A stretch of DNA of 37,026 bases from assembly GCA_000934665.2 (NCBI GenBank), contig KZ539012.1, forward strand, positions 1 to 37,026, read 5' to 3'. Position 1 is the stretch's first letter; every line of letters begins with the position of its first letter. The notes under the pieces were generated by a model, which did no database searches, was not told the origin of the DNA, and saw only the letters and a program-made list of their open reading frames with translations. This DNA comes from Catajapyx aquilonaris (taxonomy: Eukaryota). Shown piece after piece: positions 36,147 through 37,026 of the stretch. A program made the position numbers and the translations under genes.

Positions 36147-37026
36147 AGATTGAAACTTTTGCGCAATAACTCCTATACCGTCTTATTACGCCAACCTGAT
36201 GCATATATACCTTTATTATTATTCAGCCATCAAGGATATTCAACTTTGCTGACTATACAGTACAGTATTACTGCCGCGGTTCATATACGGCGCATATAGA
36301 CTACAGGCTGGACTGGAGAGTATTAGAACTTTATAGCCGGTGAAAAGTTATAAAACAGGACAATGAAATTCTGTAATGTCGTCCTGTCGACTAATTCTCA
36401 CAATACAAGTTACCGACGTATTATGGAATTTAGGTCAGCATGTTGCGTATTTAAATTATGATCCCTCTTCTAACCACACATCTCAGGGAACAATCGCCAG
36501 AATGCGACAGTTTGCGCCCTTTTGAAACCCACAAGTTTGCAATGTGACCCCATAGTCCCTACTTGATTTCCTCGCTTAATATTCCCGGCAAGATTGCTGT
36601 CGTCGTACGTGAATGTCGCCCCCAGAGGGGATTGTCGATTTTTTTTTTTGTTATATCAGTTCCACGTTAATGCATGGTAACTGCGTTCATATGGGCTCGA
36701 TTAATCTGAAATGCTTTGATCCCCCCTCCCTTTAAATACCTTGTGATGGGCGCATAATTAGAATACTTATCTAGAATACGGCACGTGAGCTTTGAATGAG
36801 CTGTAGCAAGAGCTAATAACTGAGAGCATGTGACAAGTCCTTTGCCGTGACTGCACCTCTGATGGACCAGGGAAGTGTTGAGATTAGTTTCCCTCTGGCG
36901 CGTCTAGGCCGAACCAAGAAGGGAACCTTTGTCCCTCCCAGAGGCGTGGCTTCTTCAGGGGGTCAACTCTTTATGTTCCTCATTTATCACCTTGGGTTGG
37001 GGTGGGTGCGAAGAAAGGCCCCAGGG

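Overview
Eukaryotic, intron-rich genomic DNA, most likely from an arthropod (inferred from the gene and repeat types; the species cannot be determined). The main feature is the 3' part of a large minus-strand gene for a Winged eye/TNRC18/BAHCC1-family chromatin reader. I traced 16 coding exons from 28485 down to a TGA at 4469-4471, all with GT-AG boundaries and matching phases (about 1770 aa). They encode a PVGIAVAR motif, a coiled coil, two AT-hooks, tandem SH3/Tudor-like modules and a C-terminal BAH domain; the 5' exons were not found in the window. Beyond its 3' end lies an intact tRNA-Cys(GCA) gene. Introns and flanks are full of mobile-element remains: a Kolobok/T2-like long-TIR element, an internally deleted mariner, several Tc1/mariner-, hAT- and Harbinger-like MITEs, a decayed Helitron helicase, tRNA-derived SINEs and a 550-bp perfect (TC)n tract. 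I found no CRISPR array, prokaryotic defence system or clearly new multi-gene system. The most interesting signals are a three-level SINE>SINE>MITE nest with two readable target-site duplications, head/tail module shuffling among the SINEs (one head looks tRNA-Cys-derived), and an excess of TAC(A/T)GTA words resembling Tc1/mariner excision footprints.
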